Shown here: one piece after another, positions 24,038 through 36,706 of the stretch
How the letters are laid out: each line of letters begins with the position of its first letter
Numbering within the stretch: the stretch's first letter is position 1
From: Pristiophorus japonicus
Lineage: Eukaryota
Direction: 5' to 3'
DNA: 64,000 nt
NCBI RefSeq assembly: GCF_044704955.1
Contig: NC_091995.1
Span: 13,702,001-13,766,000 of the forward strand
Translations under genes and position numbers: made by a program
Notes under the pieces: model-generated
What the model saw: only the letters and a program-made list of their open reading frames with translations
Database searches by the model: none
Told to the model about the DNA's origin: nothing

Positions 24038-27000
24038 AGAACTTAGGAACTTAAGAAATAGGAGCAGGAGCGGGCCATACAGCCCTTCTAGCCTGCACCA
24101 CCATTCAATGAGTTCATGGCTGAACATGAAACTTCAGTACCCGCTTCCTGCTTTCTCGCCATACCCCTTGATCCCCCGAGTAGTAAGGACTTTATCTAAC
24201 TCCCTTTTGAATATATTTGGTGAATTGGCCTCAACTACTTTCTGTGGTAGAGAATTCCACAGATTCACCACTCTCTGGGTGAAGAAGTTTCTCCTCATCT
24301 CGGTCCTAAATGGCTTACCCCTTATCCTTAGACTGTGACCCCTGGTTCTGGACTTCCCCAACATTGGGAACATTCTTCCTGCATCTAACCTGTCTAAACC
24401 CGTCAGAATTTTAAACGTTTCTATGAGGTCCCCTCTCATTCTTCTGAACTCCAGTGAATACAAGCCCAGTTAATCCAGTCTTTCTTGATAGGTCAGTTCC
24501 ACCATCCCGGGAATCAGTCTGGTGAATCTTCGCTGCACTCCCTCAATAGCAAGAATGTCCTTCCTCAAGTTAGGAGACCAAAACTGTACACAATACTCCA
24601 GGTGTGGCCTCACCAAGGTCCTGTACAACTGTAGCAACACCTCCCTGCCCCTGTACTCAAATCCCCTCGCTATGAAGGCCAACATGCCATTTGCTTTCTT
24701 AACCGCCTGCTGTACCTGCATGCCAACCTTCAATGACTGATGTACCATGACACCCAGGTATCGTTGCACCTTCCCTTTTCCTAATCTGTCACCATTCAGA
24801 TAAAAGTCTGTCTCTCTGTTTTTACCACCAAAAGTGGATAACCTCACATTTATCCACATTATACTTCATCTGCCATTCATTTGCCCACTCACCTAACCTA
24901 TCCAAGTCACTCTACAGCCTCATAGCATCCTCCTCGCAGCTCACACTGCCACCCAACTTAGTGTCATCTGCAAATTTGGAGAAACTACATTTAATCCCCT
25001 CGTCTAAATCATTAATGTACAATGTAAACAGCTGGGGCCCCAGCACAGAACCTTGCGGTACCCCACTAGTCACTGCCTGCCATTCTGAAAAGTACCCATT
25101 TACTCCTACTCTTTGCTTCCTGTCTGACAACCAGTTCTCAATCCACGTCAGCACACTACCCCCAATCCCATGTGCTTTAACTTTGCATATTAATCTCTTG
25201 TGTGGGACCTTGTCGAAAGCCTTCTGAAAGTCCAAATATACCACATCAACTGGTTCTCCTTTGTCCACTTTACTGGAAACATCCTCAAAAAATTCCAGAA
25301 GATTTGTCAAGCATGATTTCCCTTTCACAAATCCATGCTGACTTGGACCTATCATGTCACCATTTTCCAAATGCGCTGCTATGACATCCTTAATAATTGA
25401 TTCCATCATTTTACCCACTACTGAGGTCAGGCTGACCGGTCTATAATTCCCTGTTTTCTCTCTCCCTCCTTTTTTAAAAAGTGGGGTTACATTGGCTACC
25501 CTCCACTCCATAGGAACTGATCCAGAGTCAATGGAATGTTGGAAAATGACTGTCAATGCATCCACTATTTCCAAGGCCACCTCCTTAAGTACTCTGGGAT
25601 GCAGTCCATCAGGCCCTGGGAATTTATCGGCCTTCAATCCCATCAATTTCCCCAACACAATTTCCCGACTAATAAAGATTTCCCTCAGTTCCTCCTCCTT
25701 ACTAGTCCCTCTGACCCCTTTTATATCTGGAAGGTTGTTTGTGTCCTCCTTAGTGAATACCGAACCAAAGTACTTGTTCAATTGGTCTGCCATTTCTTTG
25801 TCCCCCGTTATGACTTCCCCTGATTCTGACTGCAGGGGACCTACGTTTGTCTTTACTAACCTTTTTCTCTTTACATACCTATAGAAACTTTTGCAATCCG
25901 CCTTAATGTTCCCTGCAAGCTTCTTCTCGTATTCCATTTTCCCTGCCCTAATCAAACCCTTTGTCCTCCTCTGCTGAGTTCTAAATTTCTCCCAGTCCCC
26001 GGGTTCGCTGCTATTTCTGGCCAATTTGTATGCCACTTTCTTGGCTTTAATACTATCCCTGATTTCCCTAGATAGCCACGGTTGAGCCACCTTCCTTTTT
26101 TTATTTTTTACGCCAGACAGGGATGTACAATTGTTGTAGTTCATCCATGCGGCCTCTAAGTATCTGCCATTGCCTATCCACTGTCAACCCCTTAAGTATC
26201 ATTCGCCAATCTATCCTAGCCAATTCACACCTCATACCTTCAAAGTTACCCTTCTTTAAATTCTGGACCATGGTCTCTGAATTAACTGTTTCATTCTCCA
26301 TCCTAATGCAGAATTCCACCATATTATGGTCACTCTTCCCCAAGGGACCTCGCACAATGAGATTGCTAATTAATCCTCTCTCATTACACAACACCCAGTC
26401 TAAGATGGCCTCCCCCCTAGTTGGTTCCTCGACATATTGGTCTAGAAAACCATCCCTTATGCACTCCAGGAAATCGTCCTCCACCGTATTGCTTCCAGTT
26501 TGGCTAGCCCAATCTATGTGCATATTAAAGTCACCCATTATAACTGCTGCACCTTTATTGCATGCACCCCTAATTTCCTGTTTGATGCCCTCCCCAAAAT
26601 CACTACTACTGTTCGGAGGTCTGTACACAACTCCCACTAACGTTTTTTGCCCTTTGGTGTTCTGCAGCTCTACCCATATAGATTCCACATCATCCAAGCT
26701 AATGTCTTTCCTAACTATTGCATTAATCTCCTCTTTAACCAGCAATGCTACCCCACCTCCTTTTCCTTTTATTCTATCCTTCCTGAATGTTGAATACCCC
26801 TGGATGTTGAGTTCCCAGCCCTGATCATTCTGGAGCCACGTCTCCGTAATCCCAATCACATCATATTTGTTAACATCTATTTGCACAGTTAATTCATCCA
26901 CCTTATTGCGGATACTCCTTGCATTAAGACACAAAGCCTTCAGGCTTGTTTTTTAACACCCTTTGTCCTTTTAGAATTTTGCTGTACAGTGGCCCTTTTT

Positions 27001-28552
27001 GTTCTTTGCCTTGGGTTTCTCTGCCCTCCACTTTTCCTCATCTCCTTTCTGTCTTTTGCTTTTGCCTCCTTTTTGTCTCCCTCTGTCTCCCTGCATTGGT
27101 TCCCACCCCCCTGCCATATTAGTTTAACTCCTCCCCAACAGCACTAGCAAACACTCCCCCTAGGACATTGGTTCCGGTCCTGCCCAGGTGCAGACCGTCC
27201 GGTTTGTACTGGTCCCACCTCCCCCAGAACCGGTTCCAATGCCCCAGGAATTTGAATCCCTCCCTGCTGCACCACTGCTCAAGCCACGTATTCATCTGCG
27301 CTATCATGCGATTCCTACTCTGACTAGCACGTGGCACTGGTAGCAATCCCGAGATTACTACTTTTGAGGTCCTACTTTTTAATTTAGCTCCTAGCTCCTT
27401 AAAATGCGTTTCATAGGACCTCATCCCTTTTTTTACCTATGTCGTTGGTACCAATGTGCACCACGACAACTGGCTGTTCTCCCTCCCATTTCAGAATGTT
27501 CTGCACCCGCTCCGATACATCCTTGACCCTTGCACCAGGGAGGCAACATACCATCCTGGAGTCTCGGTTGCAGCCGCAGAAACGCCTATCTATTCCCCTT
27601 ACGATTGAATCCCCTATCACTATCGCGCTCCCACTCTTTTTCCTGCCCTCCTGTGCAGCAGAGCCAGCCACGGTGCCATGAACTTGGCTGCTGCTGCTCT
27701 CCCCTGATGAGTCATCCCCCTCAGCAGTACCCAAAGAGGTGTATCTGTTTTGCAGGGGGATGACCGCAGGGGACCCCTGCACTACCTTCCTTGCACTGCT
27801 CTTCCTGCTGGTCTTCCATTCGCTATCTGGCTGAGGACCCTTCTCCTGCGGTAAGACCAACTCACTACACGTGATACTCATGTAATTTTCAACATCGTGG
27901 ATGCTCCAGAGTGAATCCACCCTCAGCTCCAATTCCGCAACACGGACCGTCAGGAGCTCGAGGCGGACACACTTCTCACACACGTAGTTGTCAGGGACAC
28001 CGGAAGTGTCCCTGAGTTCCCACATGGTACAGGAGGAGCATAACACCCGACCAAGCTCTCCTGCCATGACTGAACCCTTAGATACACTTAAATTGTCAAC
28101 AACAATGTTAAAAGTTACTGACTGATATAAAAAAGAAAAAGAAAAACTACTCACCAATCACCAGCCAATCACTTACCCCCTAGGCTGTGACGTCACCTTT
28201 CTGTTTCTTTCTACTTCTTTTTTGCCTTCTCCTTGTAGTTGCACAAGTCACGCCTCACCAACGGACTCCCGACACCTCTCGCGGCCTTTTATCGGCCTCC
28301 GACCCCGGACTCATGCCTCACCAACGAACTCCCGACGCCTCTCCGGCCTTTTATAGGCCTCCGACCCCGGACTCACGCCTCACCAACGAACTCCCGACGC
28401 CTCTCGCGGCCTTTTATAGGCCTCCGACCCCGGACTCACGCCTCACCAACGAACTCCCGACGCCTCTCGCGGCCTTTTATAGGCCTCCGACCCCGGACTC
28501 ACGCCTCACCAACGAACTCCCGACACCTCTCGCGGCCTTTTATAGCCTTTTA
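24038..28552 (-). mobile_element. Near full-length CR1 LINE (disabled): 5' tandem repeats, ORF1 (Cys motifs, coiled coil, esterase) and ORF2 (EN and RT)
   Basis: ORF1 MAGELGRVLCSSC...CEKC...GDSIVR...HIGTND; ORF2 pieces at 26101-26934, 24912-26144, 24470-24859 and 24134-24463 separated by frameshifts and stops. Confidence 0.92.
28248..28548 (-). repeat. 63-bp tandem monomers (~5) in the CR1 5' UTR
   Basis: 63-nt period read at 28383 to 28446; most monomers contain GGCCTATAAAAGGCC on the element strand. Confidence 0.85.
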
Positions 28553-29040
28553 TCATTGGCTGATCATCGACCTCAAATCCAGTTTCCTGCCTGATCTCCA
28601 TATCCCTTGATTCCCCTAGACTCCAAATCTTTCTATCTCAGTCTTGAATATATCCAGAGACTCGGCATCCACAGCCCTCTGGGCAGAGAATTGCAAAGGT
28701 TCACAACCCTCTGTGAATAAATTTCTCCTCATCTCAGTCTTAAATGGTCAACTACTTATCCTGAGACTGTGCCCCCTAGTTCTAGATACTTCAGCCAGGA
28801 GAAACAACCTCTCAGCATCTACCCCTCCAGAATCTTGTATGTTTCAATGAGATCACCTCTCATTCTTCTAAACTCCAGAGAGTATCGGCCCATTCTACAC
28901 AATCTCTCATCATATGACAGCACTCTCATCCATGAATCAATTTAGTGAACCTTCGTTGTAACGCCTTCCAGGCAAGTATACCCTACATTAGCTAAGGAGA
29001 CCAAAACTGTGCACAGTCCTCCAGGTGTGGTCTCACCAGG
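28553..29040 (-). mobile_element. Older CR1 3' fragment
   Basis: Degenerate RGDLIE, GHSLR and NLCNSL region. Confidence 0.7.
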
Positions 29041-29719
29041 GTCCTCCAATAAATAAATCAGAACACCTAAACCAACTGTTATATGATCAGGCGACTGAGA
29101 ATGGAAATAAAAGGAAGTACCAGTCCATGAACATAACTTAATGTACCCAATGCGCTTTAGTACAGTGTGACAAAGGGTCATTGACCTGAAACGTTAACTC
29201 TGTTTTTCACGACCCGCTGAGCATTTCCAGCATTTTCTGTTTTATGTCAGATTCCAGCATCCACTGTATTTTGCCTTTGTATTAGTACAGAGTGTATTTG
29301 GTTAAGATTGCCAAATGTCTGACCTTATTGCAATTTAATTCAAAAGGCAACCGACAGGACAGCAAGCATTACAACAGCGGATGTTGCGGTGATTGTACAT
29401 AATGGTCTCAAATTCACCCAACTGTTTTGGGATAGTTTAGTCAGTGTCTGGCGAAATTAAATGAAACTCTCCGTGAACTAGCACGTTTCCTTTACTGAGG
29501 ATGAGATGAGAATTATTTGGGCTTGCCAACATCTTTGATCTTTGAAACTCCTCCAGGGTTTATCAGCAGATCACATCTAACCTTCCCAGTGATAGCTTTT
29601 CCTCCGGACCAGTCCTGATGGATCTGTCAGATTTGCGTCGTGTCAGAATTCACACCCGGAGGGGGTCAATTTAAGCTGTTGGGAAATTGGTGATCAAGAA
29701 AATAAAGACACGGGCACAG

Positions 29720-31275
29720 GTTAAGCGAATGGGCTAAGGTTTGGCAGATGGAATACAATGTCGGAAAATGTGAGGTCATCCACCTTGGAAAAAAAAACAG
29801 TAAAAGGAAGAAATTACAACATGCTGAGGTGCAGAGGGACCTGGGGGTCCTTGTGCATGAATCCTAAAAAGTTAGTTTGCAGGTGCAGCAGGTAATCAGG
29901 AAGGCGAATGGAATGTTGGCCTTCATTGCGAGAGGGATGGAGTACAAAAGCAGGGAGGTCCTGCTGCAACTGTATAGGGTATTGGTAAGGCCGCACCTGG
30001 AGTACTGCGTACAGTTTTGGTCACCTTACTTAAGGAAGGATATACTGGCTTTGGACGGGGTACAGAGACGATTCACAAAGCTGATTCCGGAGATGGGGGG
30101 GTTACCTTATGATGATAGATTGAGTAGACTGGGTCTTTACTCCTTGGAGTTCAGAAGGATGAGGGGTGATCTTATAGAAACATTTAAAATAATGAAAGGG
30201 ATAGACAAGATAGAGGCAGAGAGGTTGTTTCCACTGGTCGGGGAGACTAGAACTAGGGGGCACAGCCTCAAAATACGGGGGAGCCAATTTAAAACCGAGT
30301 TGAGAAGGAATTTCTTCTCCCAGAGGGTTGTGAATCTGTGGAATTCTCTGCCCAAGGAAGCAGTTGAGGCTAGCTCATCGAATGTATTCAAATCACAGAT
30401 AGATAGATTTTTAACCAATAAGGGAATTAAGGGTTACGGGGAGCGGGCGGGTAAGTGGAGCTGAGTCAACGGCCAGATCAGCCATGATCTTGTTGAATGG
30501 CCTACTCCTGTTCCTATTTCTTATGTTCTTATGAATGAGAGGGGATCTCATAGAAACATTTAAAATTCTGACGGGGTTAGACAGGTTAGATGCAGGAAGA
30601 ATGTTCCCAATGTTGGGGAAGTCCAGAACCAGGGGTCACAGTCTAAGGATAAGGGGTAAGCCATTTAGGACCGAGATGAGGAGGAACTTCTTCACCCAGA
30701 GAGTGGTGAACCTGTGGAATTCTCTATCACAGAAAGTTGTTGAGGCCAATTCACTAAATATATTCAAAAAGGAGTTAGATGAAGTCCTTACTACTCGGGG
30801 GATCAAGGGGTATGGCGAGAAAGCAGGAATGGGGTACTGAAGTTGCATGTTCAGCCATGAACTCATTAAATGGCGGTGCAGGCTCGAAGGGCCGAATGGC
30901 CTACTCCTGCACCTATTTTCTATGTTTATTCCCTCAGTACCCCTTCCCTGCTTTCTCTCCCTTGATCCCTTTAGCCGTAAGGGCCATATCTAACTCCCTC
31001 TTGAATATATCCAATTAACTTGCATCAAAAACTCTCTGTGGCAGGGAATTCCACAGGTTAACAACTCTCTGAGTGAAGAAGTTTCTCCTCATCTCAGTCC
31101 TAAATGGCCTACCCCTTATCCTAAGACTGTGTCCCCTGGTTCTGGACTTCCCCCAACATCGGAAACATTCTTCCCCCATCTAACCTGTCCAGTCCCGTCA
31201 GAATGTTATGTTTCTATGAGATCCCCTCTCATCCTTCTAAACTCCGGTGTGTAAAGGCCCAGTCTCTCGTCATAT
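29720..31275. mobile_element. Three abutting CR1 3' fragments (29720-30534 +, 30535-30930 +, 30933-31275 -)
   Basis: ORFs 29877-30464 and 30535-30840 encode the CR1 C-terminal region; tails near 30530 and 30925. Confidence 0.85.
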
Positions 31276-31429
31276 GTAAGCAAGGCGCCTGGCAATAAAT
31301 TCAAATGTGCTCAGGAGAATTTAAAAACAAGATGTTTCTTTCTATTGTTTATTGATGTGTGTGTTTTCGATACCCTGGCCTATCTCCCAACGATTCCCCC
31401 CCACTGATATCTTTAACGTGAATCAAGTT

Positions 31430-31680
31430 TGTGAGGCGCTGGGTTGAAAGCTGCAAGGCTGAAATCATGACACGCGCCTCAGTCAGCCGTGCGTTGACGC
31501 CATTGGTTAAGAGGTTGTCTCCTAATGCGGACTTCTGATTGGCTGCGGCCCGAGCAGTTTGCGGGGATATTTTCAATCCGCTTATGCAAATCAGGCTCCC
31601 CTGCTGCGTCACAAACGATTTACCGTTGGCTGTTGGGAGATTTGAATTTTTCAAACCTGGCCGCGGGAACGAGTTGAACC
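31430..31680. promoter_or_regulatory. CpG-rich promoter-like island with no adjacent recognisable ORF
   Basis: ATTGG at 31502 and 31538, octamer ATGCAAAT at 31584-31591, TGCGTCA near 31605, TTTGAA at 31641 and TTCAAA at 31650, CGCGGGAA at 31662. Confidence 0.5.
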
Positions 31681-32621
31681 GTCAACAATCTCAACGGCCT
31701 CAAATTATGCTCATAATATTCCACCTGTTTCTGTGCTGTAACTCTTATGTAATATATAATTTCTGAAGAACAATGTTCCAACAATACACCTTTATTATTA
31801 AACTTTAGGAGGAATTTTCCTCACCCCAGACAATTTAGTATCAATAAATATATTTAGTAAATGGTTTTTGCTCCATATCCTGAGGTTGTTGACAATGGTG
31901 GACACTTTGAAGATGGCAATCAAAGCACGCCAGAAAGCTATTACTCTAACCCTACCTTTCTTTTCTTCTCCAATGTCTTCAAATGTATTGTCACCGCCCA
32001 GCATCATGGTTATTTTTTGTTAAAATGCTTTCAGTGCTCCCCAGCAGTGAGATTCCCCAAAGACAAGGTCACCATAGCCTGGTGTGCAATTCCTCCTTGG
32101 CCACATGATTAATCACTCCATCCTCCTCTACCATCTGGTCCACCCTCACTTGGTTCCACTCCAATCCATCTCTCCCACTGCAGCAAGCACACAGCCAGAT
32201 ATCTTATGCTGTGGCTAACTCAAGATTTGTGACCGCATGCTTCTTCTCAGTCGCTTCATCCTTCGACCATGAGAACATTGGTGACACCAGGCTGTAGCAC
32301 CTTCAGCTCTTCAACCGCCACTGTGCTGTTTGACTGCTTGATCGACATTAAGTCATGAATAAAATACAACTTTCTGCAGTTTAACACCAAAGCCAATTCT
32401 GTTTGGCTCCCATTAAGAACTGCTCCTTAGCAACCATACCATCCCCACCCTGGCTGTTGGGTCAGCCTGAATCTGATGTCCTGTTTGACTCTGAGCTGTG
32501 CTTCAAACCCCATTTTATATGCGTTACCAGGATGATCTATTTCCACCTCCAGAACATTGTCTGTTTCGGTTCCATCCTTTCTACTACCGCTATTGAAACC
32601 CTCGTCCAGATTTTAGTTAAC

Positions 32622-33450
32622 ATGGCCCATTGGTAGCACTCTCACCCCTGAATCAAAAGATTCAAGACAGACTCCCAGGACTTAAGCATACAATGTAGAC
32701 CTCGGCCTCCGTGCAGTACTGAGGGAGCTGCACTGATGGACAGATGAGGTGTTAAACTGACACCTGTTCAGGTGAATGCAAAAGATTCCATGGCACTATT
32801 TGAAGAAAAGCAGGAGGTTTCTCCTGGTGCCCTGGCCAATATTTATCCCTCAGTAGGTTGTGAGTTCAAGTCCCACTCCAGAGACTTGAGCAAAAAAATC
32901 TAGGCTGACATTCCCGTGCAGGGCTGCACTGTCGGAAGGTGCCGTCTTTTGGATGAGACCAATCAAGCCAGGCCCTTTCTGCCCTCTCAGGTGGATGTAA
33001 AACGAGCCCTTGACATTATTTCTAAGAAGAGCTGGGGAGTGTTCTGGGGCCAATATTTATCCTTCAATCAATATCACTAAAACAGACTATCTGGTCATTA
33101 TCACATTGCAGATTGTGGGAACTTGCTGTGCACAAATTGGCTGCCTAATTTCCTACATTACAACAGTGACTAGACTTCAAAAAGTACTTCATTGGGTGTA
33201 AAGTGCTTTGGGATGTCTGATAGTTGTGAAAGGCGCTATAGAAATGCCAGTCTTTCTTTCTTCTTTCAGCTAACATCAATGAAACAGATTATCTTATTCC
33301 TTTTTGTAGGACCTTACCGTGTGCAATTGGCTGTCATACTTGCCTATAAAATGGCAGTGACTACCTTTCAATTCAATGGTTGTGATGCGCTTTGAAATGA
33401 TCTATTGACATGAAAAGGGTTATATAAATGCAAGTTCTTTCTTTCTTTCT
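32622..33450 (+). mobile_element. Cluster of tRNA-derived Deu-domain SINE copies (SacSINE1/AmnSINE-like); best copy about 32851-33265
   Basis: Box B-like GAGTTCAAGTCCC; central GGCACTATTT...GGCCAATATTTATCCCTCA; L2-like 3' end GGCGCTATAGAAATGC...(TTTC)n. Family assigned from recall. Confidence 0.65.
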
Positions 33451-33829
33451 TTCCTGTTACCTCCAGGTTTGGGCTCCACAACATTGTTCTTTCTTTGTTC
33501 ATGGAATCTGGGTGTTGCCAGCAAAGCCACATTTTATTGCCCATCCCTAGTTACCCCGAGGTTGTGGTGATGAATCTTCTCACTGAACCTCAGCAGTCCT
33601 TGTGATGATGGTGTCGCTTCATGATGTTAGTTAAGGAATTCCAGGACTTTGAACCATTGATGATGAAGGAACGGTGGTATGTGCCCGAGTCAGGATGGCG
33701 TGTGACTTTGAAGGGAGCAGGGAAGTGATGGCGCTCCCATGGTATTACTGCGTTATCCTGTGGTAGGTCACGGGGATGGAAGCTGCTGCTGAGGTGAGTT
33801 GGTGAGTTGATGATGTGCTCCTGGCCGAC

Positions 33830-34358
33830 ATTCCACAATCTACACTACGTAAACTTGAAGTCATCCAAAACTCAGCAGCCCATGTACTAACCCACACCAA
33901 GTCAGGATCACCCATCACCCCTGCGCTTTTTGACCTACATTTTTTTCCCAGTTAAACAACGCCTCGATTTCAAAATTATCATTCTTGTTTACAAATCACT
34001 CCATGGACTTGACCCTCTCTATCTCTGTAATCTTTTTCAGCCTCACAATCCCACAAGATGTCTGCACTCCTCAAATTCTGGCCTCTTGAACATTATAACT
34101 GCTCAACCTTCAGCTGCCTGGGCCCTAAACTCTGGAACTCCATCTCTAGACCTCTATACCTCTCTACATCTCTTTCCTCCTTTAAGGTGCTTGTTAAAAC
34201 CTACATCTTTAAACAAGCTTTTGGTCATCTGCCTTAATTTCTTCTGTGGCTTGGTGTCAAATTTATCTGTTTGTCTTTAACACTCTTGTGAAACACCTTG
34301 GGACGTTTACTACATTAAAGGCGTTATATAAATAAAATGTATTATTATTATTATTATA
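33830..34358 (+). mobile_element. L2 LINE 3' fragment
   Basis: PVKQRLDFKIIILVYKSLHGLDPLYL and an (ATT)n tail. Confidence 0.75.
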
Positions 34359-34670
34359 GTCCGGACTACAGCCAGAGTGCCCTGATGCAGATATTGAATC
34401 AGTGACAGGGGCGCCGATCAAGCAGGATTGTCCTTTTCTGTACAGTTCTGATTTTCTTGTGTGTTGTTGCAGCTGCATCTATCGAGGCTAGTGGTGAGTA
34501 TTCCATCACACTCTTGACATGAGCCTTGTAGAGAGATGGTGGAGGAGCTTTGAGGAGTCAAGGTGTGAGCTACCTGTCACACAGCGTGTACAGTCTCTGT
34601 CCTGCTCTTGTGACCACATTGTTCCTGTGGCTGGCTCAGTTAAGCTTCTACTCAATGGTGAGCCTCCCAC

Positions 34671-35125
34671 CATCATCATTATCATCATAGGCAGTCCCTT
34701 GAAATGAGGATGACTTGCTTCCACGCCAAAAAGGGATGAGTTCACAGGTGTTTCAATGAAGGGCCTAATATTCCAGGTCCCTAACTCCAACTGAAGGCCT
34801 GTGCGTGGATTTTTTTAACGTGTTGGTGGCCGTTGCTCATCAACCACCACACGGGCTTGACAGAGCTAGGTGTTGGTCCAGTGGCAAGGATTAACCAAGA
34901 CGACTGGAGACCTGCTCTGCTGCACGTACCTAGTACGCGCACATATTGCAGTGTGGGCTGGGCCCGTGCTACTCCTGGGCCCTCCCCTCTTCTGGGCCCC
35001 GAACTCACGCCTCTCCTGGGCCCCGATCACATCGCTCTGTGATCTTTCGCTGCTCCTGCGCCCCAGCCTCGCCGCTCCTGCTGTACCTGCCCGTGTTCCA
35101 ATCACCGACCTGGATCTTGGTGACC
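34671..35125 (-). mobile_element. Bipartite RTE-derived non-autonomous element (RTE 5' UTR and ORF start fused to the RTE 3' tail)
   Basis: 34795-34925 matches the RTE 5' UTR at 11215-11330; MELGTWNIR resembles the EN start; it then joins GTGGAAGCAAGTCATCCTC...GGGACTGCCTATGATGAT, the RTE 3' end. Confidence 0.7.
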
Positions 35126-35679
35126 ATGTAATAAACTGCATGGCATTTATATCAGCAGATTGGAAGGAATTAAATACCTTCGATAAATGCTTCCTATTTT
35201 AAAAAATACCTTCGGTAAGAGCATCCCACGACCATGATGTTGATGCAATGGGAAGGGAACTAAATGGGCCTTCCAAAAGATAGGAGAAACGCACATGAGG
35301 ATAGGTTTACAGTATCAACAAGGGGTTTCAGTGGTATGATGCCCCCTCCCCCGCAGTCTATTTTATTGTATGACTAGCTATTGGGCAGTTAGTTTAAACT
35401 GTTAATCACATGTGATACATGGTCTGCTTATGGAAGAGACCACTGTCACTGAACACAAGAGAATATCCCCCCAAAATTGTAACAGGTGGCAAGGAGTGTT
35501 GTCGTTTGGGCTTTTGCCCAACACCTCTACTTATAGCTGGAAGAGTTTCCATAAGCAGACTGAGCATCTTATGAACTAAAACTTGCATCTAGATTTTTCC
35601 CCTGTGCTAAGTTACCCATAGCCTATGTCCAATAATTAACCCAGACATCGGTAACTCGGGTACTGGAGGATCTATTATC

Positions 35680-36440
35680 AAACCAAATTTGACACCGAGC
35701 TACATAGGGAAACATTAGGGCAGAAAGAGGTAGGTTTTAAGGAGCGTCTTAACGGAGGAAAGAGATGTCGAGAGCCGGAGACATTTAGGGAGGGAATTCC
35801 AGAGCTTAGGGCTTTGGCAGCTGTAGGCATGGCCACCAACGGTGGAGCAATTAAGATCGGGGATGCTCCAGAGGCCAGAATTAGAGGAGCGCAGATAACT
35901 TGGAGGGTTGTGGGGCTGGAAGAGGTTACAGAGATAGGGAGGGGCGATGCCATGGAGGGATTTGAAAACAAGGATGAGAATTTTAAAATTGAGGCATTGC
36001 TTAACCGGGAGCCAATGTAGGTCAGCGAGCACAGAGGTGATGGGTGAACGGGACTTGGTGCGAGTTCGGACATGAGCAGTAGAGTTTTGGATGACCTCAA
36101 GTTTAGAGGGTAGAACGTGTGAGGCCGGCCTGGAGTTGTCAAGACTAGAGGTAACAAAGGCATGGATGAGGGTTTCAGCAGTAGATGAGCTGAGGCAGGG
36201 GCGGGGTCGGGTGATGTTCCGGTGGTGGAAATAGGCGGCATTAGTGATGGCGCGGATATGTGGTTGGAGGGGCGGGGGGGAGGGTCAAATATGATACCAT
36301 GGTTGCAAATAGTCTGGCTCAGCCAGTTGCCAGGGAGATAGATGGCGTGGGAATGGAGTTTAAGGCGGGGACCGAAGACGATGGCTTTGGTCTTTCCGAC
36401 ATTTAGCTGGAGGAAATGACAGAGAAGCAGTCTGAAAATT
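35680..36440 (-). mobile_element. L2 LINE fragment
   Basis: LADLHWLPVKQCLNFKILILVFKSLHGIAPPYL...PKLWNSLP. Confidence 0.8.
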
Positions 36441-36545
36441 AACAGGGCAAATTATTACATCAAAAATGTAATTTTCAAGCCTTGTGGAGACTCTCCTCCC
36501 ACGTGCGTGCAGTTTGATTGAAACGAGGTATCGTGAGTGTTTCTG

Positions 36546-36657
36546 ATTGGCCGGTTTGCACCCATTGTCATAATTACCACGTCAAAATATGCGCCGATTC
36601 ACCAATAGGAATCCTTCACTTTCTGATTCCTCATTTGCATACGGCTAGCTATTAAAT
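36546..36657 (+). promoter_or_regulatory. H2B promoter (CCAAT boxes, octamer, TATA)
   Basis: ATTGG at 36546, CCAAT at 36602, ATTTGCAT at 36633-36640, TATTAAAT at 36650: the classic H2B arrangement. Confidence 0.85.
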
Positions 36658-36706
36658 AGCGCGTCAGGGAAGCTTTTTCTATCATTCGCCTACTTGTGCA
36701 AGTACT

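Noticed and set aside
32855-32885. tRNA gene
   Set aside because: The box B-like motif belongs to a SINE head; no cloverleaf could be formed.
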